Made by a program: the position numbers and the translations under genes. Shown here piece after piece: positions 29,173 to 37,118 of a DNA stretch of 64,000 nucleotides. This stretch comes from an uncultured bacterium. GTDB lineage: Bacteria > Verrucomicrobiota > Verrucomicrobiia > Verrucomicrobiales > DEV007. Within the stretch, counting starts at the first letter, position 1; each line of letters starts with the position of its first letter. Where the stretch lies: NCBI GenBank assembly GCA_963977015.1, contig CAXBMO010000003.1:414560-478559 (forward strand), in the 5' to 3' direction. Below the pieces are notes generated by a model, which saw only the letters and a program-made list of their open reading frames with translations, was not told the origin of the DNA and searched no databases.

Positions 29173-30633
29173 TCAGGGCTGGGGCCACCCCGGCGCACCC
29201 AACAGCTTCATCACTTCGTCTGAGCTTGGATCCAATCCGGTCCCGAAGGACGCATCGTTCACATCGGCAAGGTCGACTTGGCCATGCCTGATGGTGAACG
29301 CCGAAAAGTCTCGTTCTTTTTGGGAATGATAGAGTCCGGAAGACGTGGTGTTCACCGTTTCCTGAATCGAAACAGGAAACGCGGAGAGCCCCTTGAAGTA
29401 GTGATGGCCATTGCGTTCGACGTGAGAAATTCCCAGTGCAGCCATCACAGCCAGGTCTTGTAGCAAGGTCACCGGGCCAACTGTCGCAAGGTCTTCGCCG
29501 CTCATAAGAAACTGGCAATCCGGTGCTTGGCGTCTCAAGTGAGCCAACAGACAAGCGTTCGCGATTCCCTTGATCACGCCTTTGCAGCTCTTGTAGCTGG
29601 TGCCGGAATAGCCAAGTTCTAGCGCTCGCCGCAAACTGCCCAACTCGCCATCAGATTCATCAATCACCATTGGAGGAGCGTTCCTCCAAGATTTGAGGAC
29701 TTCCGCTACCGGCGCCTCCAACGCTGCATCGCGATGGAGCGGTTGCTCAACAAAAATCAGATGCTTTGAGCTCAGAAATGTCTGCAGCTGCGGGTCTTCC
29801 TGAAATGCCTCCCATGCCGCTCGAAACGCACCGAGGTCTCGATACTGCTCGTTGCCATCGAGGGTGTAACGAAAATCCGGAGAAGTCCTTTTCAGAAGGT
29901 CCGCCAATCGAAAAAGTCGCTCCCGGTCAACTTCGAGATTCCCGCTCAACTTGATCTTGAAGTAGCGAAGATGGTATTCGCGAATGCAATCCTCCAGCGC
30001 TTGCGGCAATCCATCCGCTGCCAAATCTTCCGGCGGAATTTCCGAAGCAATCAAAGCATCCCCGAGTCCAACGGTGTGTCGGATGTTCACCTTTTGGAGC
30101 GGCTCAGCCGGAAGAAAATCTGCCGGGACCGCGTTTGGCAGTTCCGGATGGATCTCTCCGAGGTTGATCCCAAAATCGTTGTGATGAAGCGCCGCCCAAA
30201 AGGGCTTCCCAATGGAACGGCAAAACGCGTCCATCATTCCCCGCTCAATCAGACTTACTCCCAGATTCGCCAATAACGGGGGGATTCCCGACTCTGCTGC
30301 CCATTTGGTTTGACTCTCGTAAAGCCAGTTCCAAAGATCGTAAATCGACTTCGCGGATGAAATGGATTGGGCCTCCGCAGCAGCTTGCTGAATCACTCCG
30401 ACCAAGTCCGGAAGATCTTCTTCGAACGTCGTGTCCGGATTTTTGGTGAACCACTTGGGCGGCAATCCCTCCGAGCAGATTCCCTGCGTTTCCTTACCAT
30501 CAACGCTCAAGGTGACTCGCAGGAACAGGTGAGGCAGCCGCGTCATGCTCGCAATGCCATAGCGAAATGGAAAACGTGTTTCCATCCATCGTGTGAATGG
30601 CTCAACGTCGACGACTCGGAGTTCGTGGCTCAT
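29173..30633 (-). CDS. Enolase/mandelate racemase superfamily protein
   Basis: FKIKL (KxK), LDGNEQ, VEQPL and IDES metal-ligand motifs. Confidence 0.75.
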   Translation of the reverse strand: MSHELRVVDVEPFTRWMETRFPFRYGIASMTRLPHLFLRVTLSVDGKETQGICSEGLPPKWFTKNPDTTFEEDLPDLVGVIQQAAAEAQSISSAKSIYDLWNWLYESQTKWAAESGIPPLLANLGVSLIERGMMDAFCRSIGKPFWAALHHNDFGINLGEIHPELPNAVPADFLPAEPLQKVNIRHTVGLGDALIASEIPPEDLAADGLPQALEDCIREYHLRYFKIKLSGNLEVDRERLFRLADLLKRTSPDFRYTLDGNEQYRDLGAFRAAWEAFQEDPQLQTFLSSKHLIFVEQPLHRDAALEAPVAEVLKSWRNAPPMVIDESDGELGSLRRALELGYSGTSYKSCKGVIKGIANACLLAHLRRQAPDCQFLMSGEDLATVGPVTLLQDLAVMAALGISHVERNGHHYFKGLSAFPVSIQETVNTTSSGLYHSQKERDFSAFTIRHGQVDLADVNDASFGTGLDPSSDEVMKLLGAPGWPQP

Positions 30634-30634
30634 T

Positions 30635-31657
30635 TCAGAGTCCGAGATAACGATCACGCCCCTGGGCCAACGCCTCAATCTTTCGGTCGGCAATCGAACG
30701 TTTGAGCATCCAAAACCCGCAATCCGGATGAACAAATTTCACCCGACCCTCACCCAGTTTTGCCTCGGCTTTCTCAATCGAAGCGGCAATTTCATCAGCC
30801 GTCTCAATCTGATTCACTTTGATATCAACCACACCGAGCCCAACGCCGATTTTGGGATCCAACTCTGCCAAGGCATCCAAATCGCCTTCTGGTCGATGGG
30901 CCAATTCCAACACGAGATGGTCGGCGTGAAGACGGTTGAGAAAATCGATCAACGCTTTCCATTCGCCGGACTGGATGGTCTGGCCTCCATAATTTCCAAA
31001 GCAAAAGTGAACGGCACCAGGCCCTTCAAACGCATCAAGGACCCGGTTGATCGCCTCCGCGGCAAGCGGGCCATCAGCCGGATTGCCCGGAATGTTCGCT
31101 TCATCGACCTGAAGACAACTTGTCGGCAATCCGCGAACCTGATCCGCGAGAAGATCAGCAATTGCCAACGTCAGCTCTTCCAGATTGGGGTAATGATTGT
31201 CCAAGAGCGTTCGAGCCAACATGTAAGGACTCGTAACCGTGAACTTGAAGGCGCCGCCGGCGAGCTCGGCTGCCCTGGCGCAGTCTTCGAACAAATTCAG
31301 CGATCCCTCGGACAACGCCTCCTGAACCACTGCAGCCGGTTTCGCGCGAAATCCCATTTCGGATTTGGCCCGATACTTCTCTGAATCGCTGCGACCGATT
31401 TCGGAAGTGGCACCGCCAAACTTCTTCACGAAGTAATCAATCATTCCATTGGTGTCCGGATGATTGATATCGAACCGATAAAGTTCTCCATCCGTTGGCA
31501 AATCGATTCCGGCCTGCCGCTGGGTATCGAAAATCACTCGGGTCGCGTCCATCACCGCCTGCTCGCTCGGCAATGCCGATAGCCAATCTGGAACCGGGTA
31601 GGAACCGACTGTTGTGGTGAGAATTCTAGGTGAAGTGGGGATTTTTGATAGTGTCAT
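30635..31657 (-). CDS. Single-barrel cobalamin-independent methionine synthase-like (MetE C-terminal family) protein
   Basis: TTTVGSYP, TDGE, QVDE, HFCFGN, GVVDIK and PDCG (Zn-ligand pattern H-x-C...E...C). Confidence 0.88.
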   Translation of the reverse strand: MTLSKIPTSPRILTTTVGSYPVPDWLSALPSEQAVMDATRVIFDTQRQAGIDLPTDGELYRFDINHPDTNGMIDYFVKKFGGATSEIGRSDSEKYRAKSEMGFRAKPAAVVQEALSEGSLNLFEDCARAAELAGGAFKFTVTSPYMLARTLLDNHYPNLEELTLAIADLLADQVRGLPTSCLQVDEANIPGNPADGPLAAEAINRVLDAFEGPGAVHFCFGNYGGQTIQSGEWKALIDFLNRLHADHLVLELAHRPEGDLDALAELDPKIGVGLGVVDIKVNQIETADEIAASIEKAEAKLGEGRVKFVHPDCGFWMLKRSIADRKIEALAQGRDRYLGL

Positions 31658-31684
31658 GACCTAGCTTTCCTTCACACCTCCCCT

Positions 31685-32989
31685 TTACGGCGAGGCGGAA
31701 ATCTCTGCGGTTGGCGAAGGTGCCGGCAAACTCTGTTTCGCAGTTGCCAAGCTATGGGCAACCGACCAGGCAACGATTGCACTCGCAATTAAAAGCCCGA
31801 CACCACCAACCGACCAGCCAATCTGTTTGGGGCGATCATTTTGTTCAAAGGCATTTCTCATTCCACCAAAGGCAAAGACCCCTCCAGCCCCCAGAGCCGC
31901 CACCGGCAGGGCGATTCCAAGCCAGGTCAGCGCCCCCATCCACTCCGGTCCGGAACCAGGGAGAAAATAAAGGAGCCCAAAGGCCAAAACAATCACCAAC
32001 CCAACCACGGACCATTGCAAAACGGTGGTGGCATCGCGACAAAAATTCCGGATTCGAAGCAGCGTTTCCGCCAGATTCCGCTTGGCATGACAGATTCCGT
32101 TTTGCTTCGGAAACGGGTGTTCAAAGGCCCGGATCGCTTCAATGCAGAACGGATCCAATGGTTTACTCTCAAAGATGAGCTGTGTGTTGCGGTAAGCCTC
32201 GACCACCGTTTGGCTAATGGGCAGCTTTCCAATCACATTGAGAACACTCTTTCGGCCCACCCGGTCGCGTTCCGAGTCGAGAACCCGATTGTAAATCACA
32301 CTGACTCCGCCGACATCCCGTCCAACGGCCTGGGCCAGTGAATGGAGGGATTGCACAAAACTGAGATCCTGTTTTCCGGCGACTTCCCCCGGCTCGGTAA
32401 CGATGACCACCGAATCCGCCACTACCGCTGCGACCGAGGCCCGCGTATCAGCGCCCCCACGGCTATCGATCAGGATGAAATCGTATTCCCGCTTAAACCG
32501 ATCCATGAGCTCCTCGTAGTAGGGCAAAAGATTCCGGTCGATAAAGTCTTCGCCTTCCGGATCCGGCTCGATCTCCGGCATTTCATCCTCATTTTGGGAG
32601 GCCAGCGGAGTTTTCCACCACGCGAGGTTATTCAAGAGAACGGCAACCTCGAATTCGCCGACCGCGGGAGCCTCAAACATGAGTCGAAGGGGAGCCACAT
32701 CTGCCGAAGGAATTTTTTGAGAATAGCAATCGTAGAAACAGGTCTGCGGATGAATCAAACCGGCTTCGGCCCCGCTCTTCAGCCGTTCACCTCCCGCGAG
32801 CAAGTAGGAGGCACCACCCGTCGCGTAGTCGTTATCGATCACTAGGACACGATTTTTCCAATCCTTCCCTTCCGGTGATGCGAGATGACGCGCGCTGGCT
32901 AACTCCACGGCAAAGTTAGCGGTCAGGGTCGTCTTGCCTGTTCCGCCCTTGCCGCTAACAAAGGCTACTACAAAGCAGTCGTCACTCAT
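31685..32989 (-). CDS. MinD/ParA-family ATPase with three C-terminal TM helices
   Basis: Deviant Walker A SGKGGTGKTT; VLVIDND; YDFILIDSRGG; IVTEP; YNRV; three hydrophobic C-terminal segments. Confidence 0.85.
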   Translation of the reverse strand: MSDDCFVVAFVSGKGGTGKTTLTANFAVELASARHLASPEGKDWKNRVLVIDNDYATGGASYLLAGGERLKSGAEAGLIHPQTCFYDCYSQKIPSADVAPLRLMFEAPAVGEFEVAVLLNNLAWWKTPLASQNEDEMPEIEPDPEGEDFIDRNLLPYYEELMDRFKREYDFILIDSRGGADTRASVAAVVADSVVIVTEPGEVAGKQDLSFVQSLHSLAQAVGRDVGGVSVIYNRVLDSERDRVGRKSVLNVIGKLPISQTVVEAYRNTQLIFESKPLDPFCIEAIRAFEHPFPKQNGICHAKRNLAETLLRIRNFCRDATTVLQWSVVGLVIVLAFGLLYFLPGSGPEWMGALTWLGIALPVAALGAGGVFAFGGMRNAFEQNDRPKQIGWSVGGVGLLIASAIVAWSVAHSLATAKQSLPAPSPTAEISASP

Positions 32990-33100
32990 GGTGTGTAAAT
33001 CGGGTGCGCGTAATTGGATCGGTGGTTGCGTTAGAATAGGAGGGCGCACCGTTCCACTAGCAAGTGGAAAATCTGCCTCGAACCACCTTTTGCAGTTCCC

Positions 33101-33448
33101 CTAAATCTGGCGGAGCAGCCAGTTCAGGAACATCAAAACCAAAAAATACGTGATCCCAACCACGCTGGCATTTTTGATCCCCACCCGGAAGAAAAAGTGA
33201 GTGATTCCCGCCGTGGCTCCAATCATCACCAGCCACCCGACATAGGTGACCACGTGCTTCAGAGCCATGGACGAAGAATTGAAGAAGACCTGCTCCGTAA
33301 TTTCGGCAATTCCAAGGCTGATGCCGAACACCAGGATTCCCGTGACGACCGTCTTCCAAAACGCATAGTCCTGCTCCTTGCGGGCGGACATGATGAGGGT
33401 TCCGGTCAACGCAACTGCCGCCAGGATGTAAATGAGGTAAATCTCCAT
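33101..33448 (-). CDS. Small 4-TM membrane protein
   Basis: 115 aa with four hydrophobic segments; GGAG about 10 nt upstream of the ATG. Confidence 0.75.
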   Translation of the reverse strand: MEIYLIYILAAVALTGTLIMSARKEQDYAFWKTVVTGILVFGISLGIAEITEQVFFNSSSMALKHVVTYVGWLVMIGATAGITHFFFRVGIKNASVVGITYFLVLMFLNWLLRQI

Positions 33449-33578
33449 TCTTGATTACTCCGATTCGAGCGCCCCGATCAGAGCAGGATGCCCCGAACTT
33501 GTAAAGCGATTGTTCAACTGATGCCTCCGGAATTGGATGGCAATCGACAGCACCGGGAACCGCTTCCTTCCCTCAAAC

Positions 33579-35303
33579 TCAGGAATTCTGGCTAATCGCG
33601 ATTCGCAATTCTCGCGCACGATCTTCCAGTTCGTCTCGCTCTGCCTTGGTGGCCTCAAGTCTTCCGGCGTAAAAGTCGAGCTGATCTTCGGCCTTCTTCG
33701 CCTGAGCCAAAGCTTCGTTGGCAACCTCCTCAGCTTCGGTCTTCTTGGCCAAAGCCGCCTCTGCCTCTTGAAGGTAAACGCTGGTATTTTTCTCCGCCTC
33801 AACAGCAGACGTTTCCAGCTCGGCAATTCGTTGGGTCAGCTCCTTTTCCCGATTCTCCATAATCGGGATATTCTTGTGAGCTTCCTCCATCTCCCGCTGA
33901 ACGGTGAGTTTCTTCTCGTTCAGCTCCTCCACTTCTTTCTTCGCCGCATCTACCGCCGCCTGGCGCTGGTTGAATTCTTCGTTCGTGGTTCGCAGCTTTG
34001 CCTGAACCGCCTCCATTTCTTCACGGAACTTCTGGGCCTTCTCACGAGACGATTCCAAGTCCTTGATCTCGGCAGAAAGTTTCTGGTGCTTCGCATCCAG
34101 CTCCGGCAATTCATTTTTCACCTCTGCAAGATGCTCGGCAGCAGCCTGCCGATCTTTCTCCAACTTGGAAATATCAGATTCCAGATTCGCAACGGTGTCC
34201 CGGTACTTCCACATCTGGTCATTCGTCTCTTTCAGCTCCTTCTTCGCAGTCTCGACATCTTCCTTCGCCGAGTCTGCCTTCGCCTTGGTTTCCTCAAACT
34301 CTGCGATTCGGGATTCCAGTCCGGCTTTGCGCGTCTCCAATTTCGGCAAATCATCACGAAGCCGATCGACACTTTCCTGCATCTCCAGCCGCTTCTCCTT
34401 CAGGGCGCTCAATTCCTTTCTCACCCGTTCCGTCGCGGTTGTTTTCTCCGTGAGATCTGACTCTGCGACTTCCAATTCTCCCTTCAAACGCTGAAGTTGA
34501 GCCTCGACTTCCGCAGTCTTGTCCTTCGCCTTGGAAAACTCTTCGTTCTGAGCACGCAAGACCTTGTTGCGCTCCTGAATCTCGCTGAACTCGCTCTTGG
34601 TCCGTTCCAAATCCTTGCCGACGACGGCTTTTTCTTCCCGGAACTGGTCGACTTCAATGTCGAGCGCTTTCCGCTCGGTCTTGAGTGCATCCATTTCGAG
34701 TTTCCCCTTCTCGAGCTTCGTCTCGATTTCCGAAAGCTCTTTCTTCAATTCCCCGATCGCCTCACGATTGGCCTCCATGCTCCCGATCTCTTCCTCGAGC
34801 GCTTTCTTCCGAATCTCCAGAGACGGAATGGCACGGCGAGTCTGCTCGAGGTCGTTTTCCAATTCATCGTGTTCCTCGCCGAGGCGGGAGACGTCCTGCC
34901 GCAACGCGTCCAAAGAATTGCGCTGGTCATTGACCTCCTCCATCGTCTTTTCCAAGTCTCCCTTGGCGACGTTGATCTGATCGCGAAGCGGACTGAGCGC
35001 TTTCTCTTTTTCTTCTTTCTCTTCTGCCAATTCCGCCATCTGGGCACGAAGGCCCTTGCACTCCTTCTCCAGAACATCGCGGCGCAGTTTAAAGTCGCGG
35101 ATGCATTCCAGCAGCTCCTCGTGCTCGGACTCCAACGCTTCATGGCTGGAAGCTTTGCCGGTTTTCTCTGCCTTGGGGCGCTCCGGAGCGGAATCGGATG
35201 ATTTCATACGGTTGTCCTTGTCATTACCGTGCGAACCATCATCACTCGAAGAAGTTCGGAACGGTAAGGTGATGCGTTGCGTCCGACTGAGATCGTCACT
35301 CAT
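33579..35303 (-). CDS. Long segmented coiled-coil protein with 80-aa repeats
   Basis: About 510 aa of continuous E/K/L/A heptads after a polar head; no ATPase motif and no TM segment. Confidence 0.85.
   Translation of the reverse strand: MSDDLSRTQRITLPFRTSSSDDGSHGNDKDNRMKSSDSAPERPKAEKTGKASSHEALESEHEELLECIRDFKLRRDVLEKECKGLRAQMAELAEEKEEKEKALSPLRDQINVAKGDLEKTMEEVNDQRNSLDALRQDVSRLGEEHDELENDLEQTRRAIPSLEIRKKALEEEIGSMEANREAIGELKKELSEIETKLEKGKLEMDALKTERKALDIEVDQFREEKAVVGKDLERTKSEFSEIQERNKVLRAQNEEFSKAKDKTAEVEAQLQRLKGELEVAESDLTEKTTATERVRKELSALKEKRLEMQESVDRLRDDLPKLETRKAGLESRIAEFEETKAKADSAKEDVETAKKELKETNDQMWKYRDTVANLESDISKLEKDRQAAAEHLAEVKNELPELDAKHQKLSAEIKDLESSREKAQKFREEMEAVQAKLRTTNEEFNQRQAAVDAAKKEVEELNEKKLTVQREMEEAHKNIPIMENREKELTQRIAELETSAVEAEKNTSVYLQEAEAALAKKTEAEEVANEALAQAKKAEDQLDFYAGRLEATKAERDELEDRARELRIAISQNS
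33804..35063 (-). repeat. Intragenic 240-nt (80-aa) degenerate tandem repeat, about 5 copies
   Basis: Pro at residues 160, 320, 400 and 480 (CCG codons at 34826, 34346, 34106 and 33866), Ser at 240; hydrophobic positions align without gaps. Confidence 0.85.
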
Positions 35304-35324
35304 GATAGATGTGGGGAGAAGTTG

Positions 35325-35358
35325 AGAAAAAGCCGTTTAGACAAGGCGCGCCTAAACG
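35325..35358 (-). terminator. Terminator-like hairpin in the 5' leader of the coiled-coil gene
   Basis: Minus strand CGTTTAGGC-GCGCCTT-GTCTAAACG followed by GCTTTTTCT, ending about 20 nt before the ATG at 35303. Confidence 0.4.
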
Positions 35359-35545
35359 TCAGAAGTTTATACGAAGCGTAAACTTTACACGCAATCAGAA
35401 AAATCACCAACCAGGATCTTCAATCCTTATTGGGTTTGGCTTTCACATTCGAGACGAGTCTCACCGTCGACACGGCGGGAACATCCCCCCGGATGCGGAA
35501 TACGACCTCCCAAACGATCGTCGAAAACGACCGCAGAACATTAGC

Positions 35546-36451
35546 TCAAGGCCGAACGGTGTTGGATGGCGGATCGGCTGCGGTCACCGGCTGGATGGCC
35601 ATCACTCGTTGATGGATCTTAAGAATTTCCTGCGAAACCTCAAAGAACGAGTCCAGCGCTTCCGTATTGGCACCTTGTTCATCAATCAATTTGTTGAGTC
35701 CTGCCAAATAGTCGTCGGTCCCCTTTTTCAAACTGGCCATTTGCTTTTGCGCTCGCCCGTAGGCGGAGGCGACTTGCTTTCGCGCTCCATCAACAGCCTC
35801 GATTCGCCCTTGATCGCGATAATACTCCTGCATTTGCTCCTTCCACTCCGTGCTGAACATTCTGCGTAAGAACTTTCCTCGCATTTCGGGTTCAACAGCC
35901 TGCGCTTCCAGTTGTTTCGAAAGGTAGGCCTCCAGTTCCCGAAACTCATGAATCGGCTTTTCGTATTGTTGCTGGAGATAACTTAACCCGTTCGCGACGG
36001 CTTTGAGTTGCTCAACCTCTGCTGCCTGGAGCTTCTTCCCGTCCCGAATCTTCGATTCCAACTGCTCCATGACTTTCAACGTCTGACCGCTTTCATTCAC
36101 GATTTGCGAAATCGTATCGAGGCTCAACTGCAATTGTTGATCTTGCTGCTGCTTCTGCTGTTCAACTTGATTCGTCCATTCCCTGTTGAGGCGATCAATC
36201 TCGGCTTGATGCGTCGCAACCATCGTCGCGAACTGCCGTTGATGATCTTCGGTCTCTTCCTCCAGTTTTTTCGTGAGCTCCGCAACTTCGGCCTCCAACT
36301 CGGCAGCCGCGGTCTTGGCTTTGGATCCGTCCACTCCGAGGTAGCCCGCAGTTCCGATAGCGGCGAGAAGGCCGAGCCCCATTGAGATTGCGGTAACGAG
36401 AAATCCCCGATTCGGCGCATCTGCTCCAGGTTCATTGAGCATGTTTGACAT
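35546..36451 (-). CDS. Single-TM-anchored coiled-coil protein
   Basis: TM at about aa 17-39, then Q/E/K-rich heptads to the C-terminus. Confidence 0.8.
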   Translation of the reverse strand: MSNMLNEPGADAPNRGFLVTAISMGLGLLAAIGTAGYLGVDGSKAKTAAAELEAEVAELTKKLEEETEDHQRQFATMVATHQAEIDRLNREWTNQVEQQKQQQDQQLQLSLDTISQIVNESGQTLKVMEQLESKIRDGKKLQAAEVEQLKAVANGLSYLQQQYEKPIHEFRELEAYLSKQLEAQAVEPEMRGKFLRRMFSTEWKEQMQEYYRDQGRIEAVDGARKQVASAYGRAQKQMASLKKGTDDYLAGLNKLIDEQGANTEALDSFFEVSQEILKIHQRVMAIQPVTAADPPSNTVRP

Positions 36452-36653
36452 GACGTTGTGTTTTGGTGATTCGGAATTCGCCTTGAGCTACGCCTTTGAA
36501 TTGATTAACCACGTTCAAGATTAAAAGGAGGAGTAACATCAAGAAATGCTTAGCTAACAAGTTCTAAATTTGTCGAGAAATCGTCTCACGCAAGCAAGAA
36601 GATCGTTTGCCAAGTTGCTTGCAATCGGACGCCTCACAGTGAACTCAATTCAA

Positions 36654-37094
36654 ATGACCCCAACCACCCTAGAACTTTGCTCAGGATTACCGGTGAAAAC
36701 GTATGCCCAGGGTGCTGAGATTATCCGCGAACATCAGAAGGATGGTGTTCTCTATATTTTGAAGCGGGGAGCTGTCGAAATCTCAAAACGGCACACGGAA
36801 GTCAATCGCGCAGCCTCACCGGGATCGATTTTTGGCGAAGTTTCTGTGCTGCTGGATATCCCCCACACCGCAACCGTCACAGCTCTGGAGCCTTGTGAGT
36901 TCTACCTGGCAGAGGATGGTGCGGCGTTTCTCTTCCAACACCCGGAGCTCAATCTGCGTATCGCCCGCCTCCTCGCACATCGCCTCCATCAAAGCACGGA
37001 AAAGGTCGTGGAACTCAGGGAATTCATTGAGGCGAGCGACGACGCTTATGGCCACGTCAGCGGTGTGCTGAATAGCCTCGTCGAGCAGTGGTGA
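36654..37094 (+). CDS. Stand-alone cyclic-nucleotide-binding domain protein
   Basis: LYILKRGAVEI, PGSIFGEVSVL and HTATVTA; no HTH domain. Confidence 0.85.
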   Translation: MTPTTLELCSGLPVKTYAQGAEIIREHQKDGVLYILKRGAVEISKRHTEVNRAASPGSIFGEVSVLLDIPHTATVTALEPCEFYLAEDGAAFLFQHPELNLRIARLLAHRLHQSTEKVVELREFIEASDDAYGHVSGVLNSLVEQW

Positions 37095-37118
37095 CGAAGC
37101 CGCTCGTCAAATCTGGCT

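Noticed and set aside
33455-33826. Alternative-frame ORF ending 6 nt before the 4-TM gene (possible frameshift extension of the rod)
   Set aside because: The composition is Arg-rich and not protein-like, no slippery site is evident, and the rod frame ends cleanly.
33537-35201. Long plus-strand Leu/Phe-rich ORFs (33537-34460, 34497-35201)
   Set aside because: These are antisense shadows of the Glu/Lys-rich coiled-coil gene; GAA/AAG codons read as TTC/CTT on the other strand.
33579-35303. Calling the 574-aa rod SMC/SbcC because scpA is nearby
   Set aside because: It has no Walker A/B, signature motif, hinge or zinc hook.
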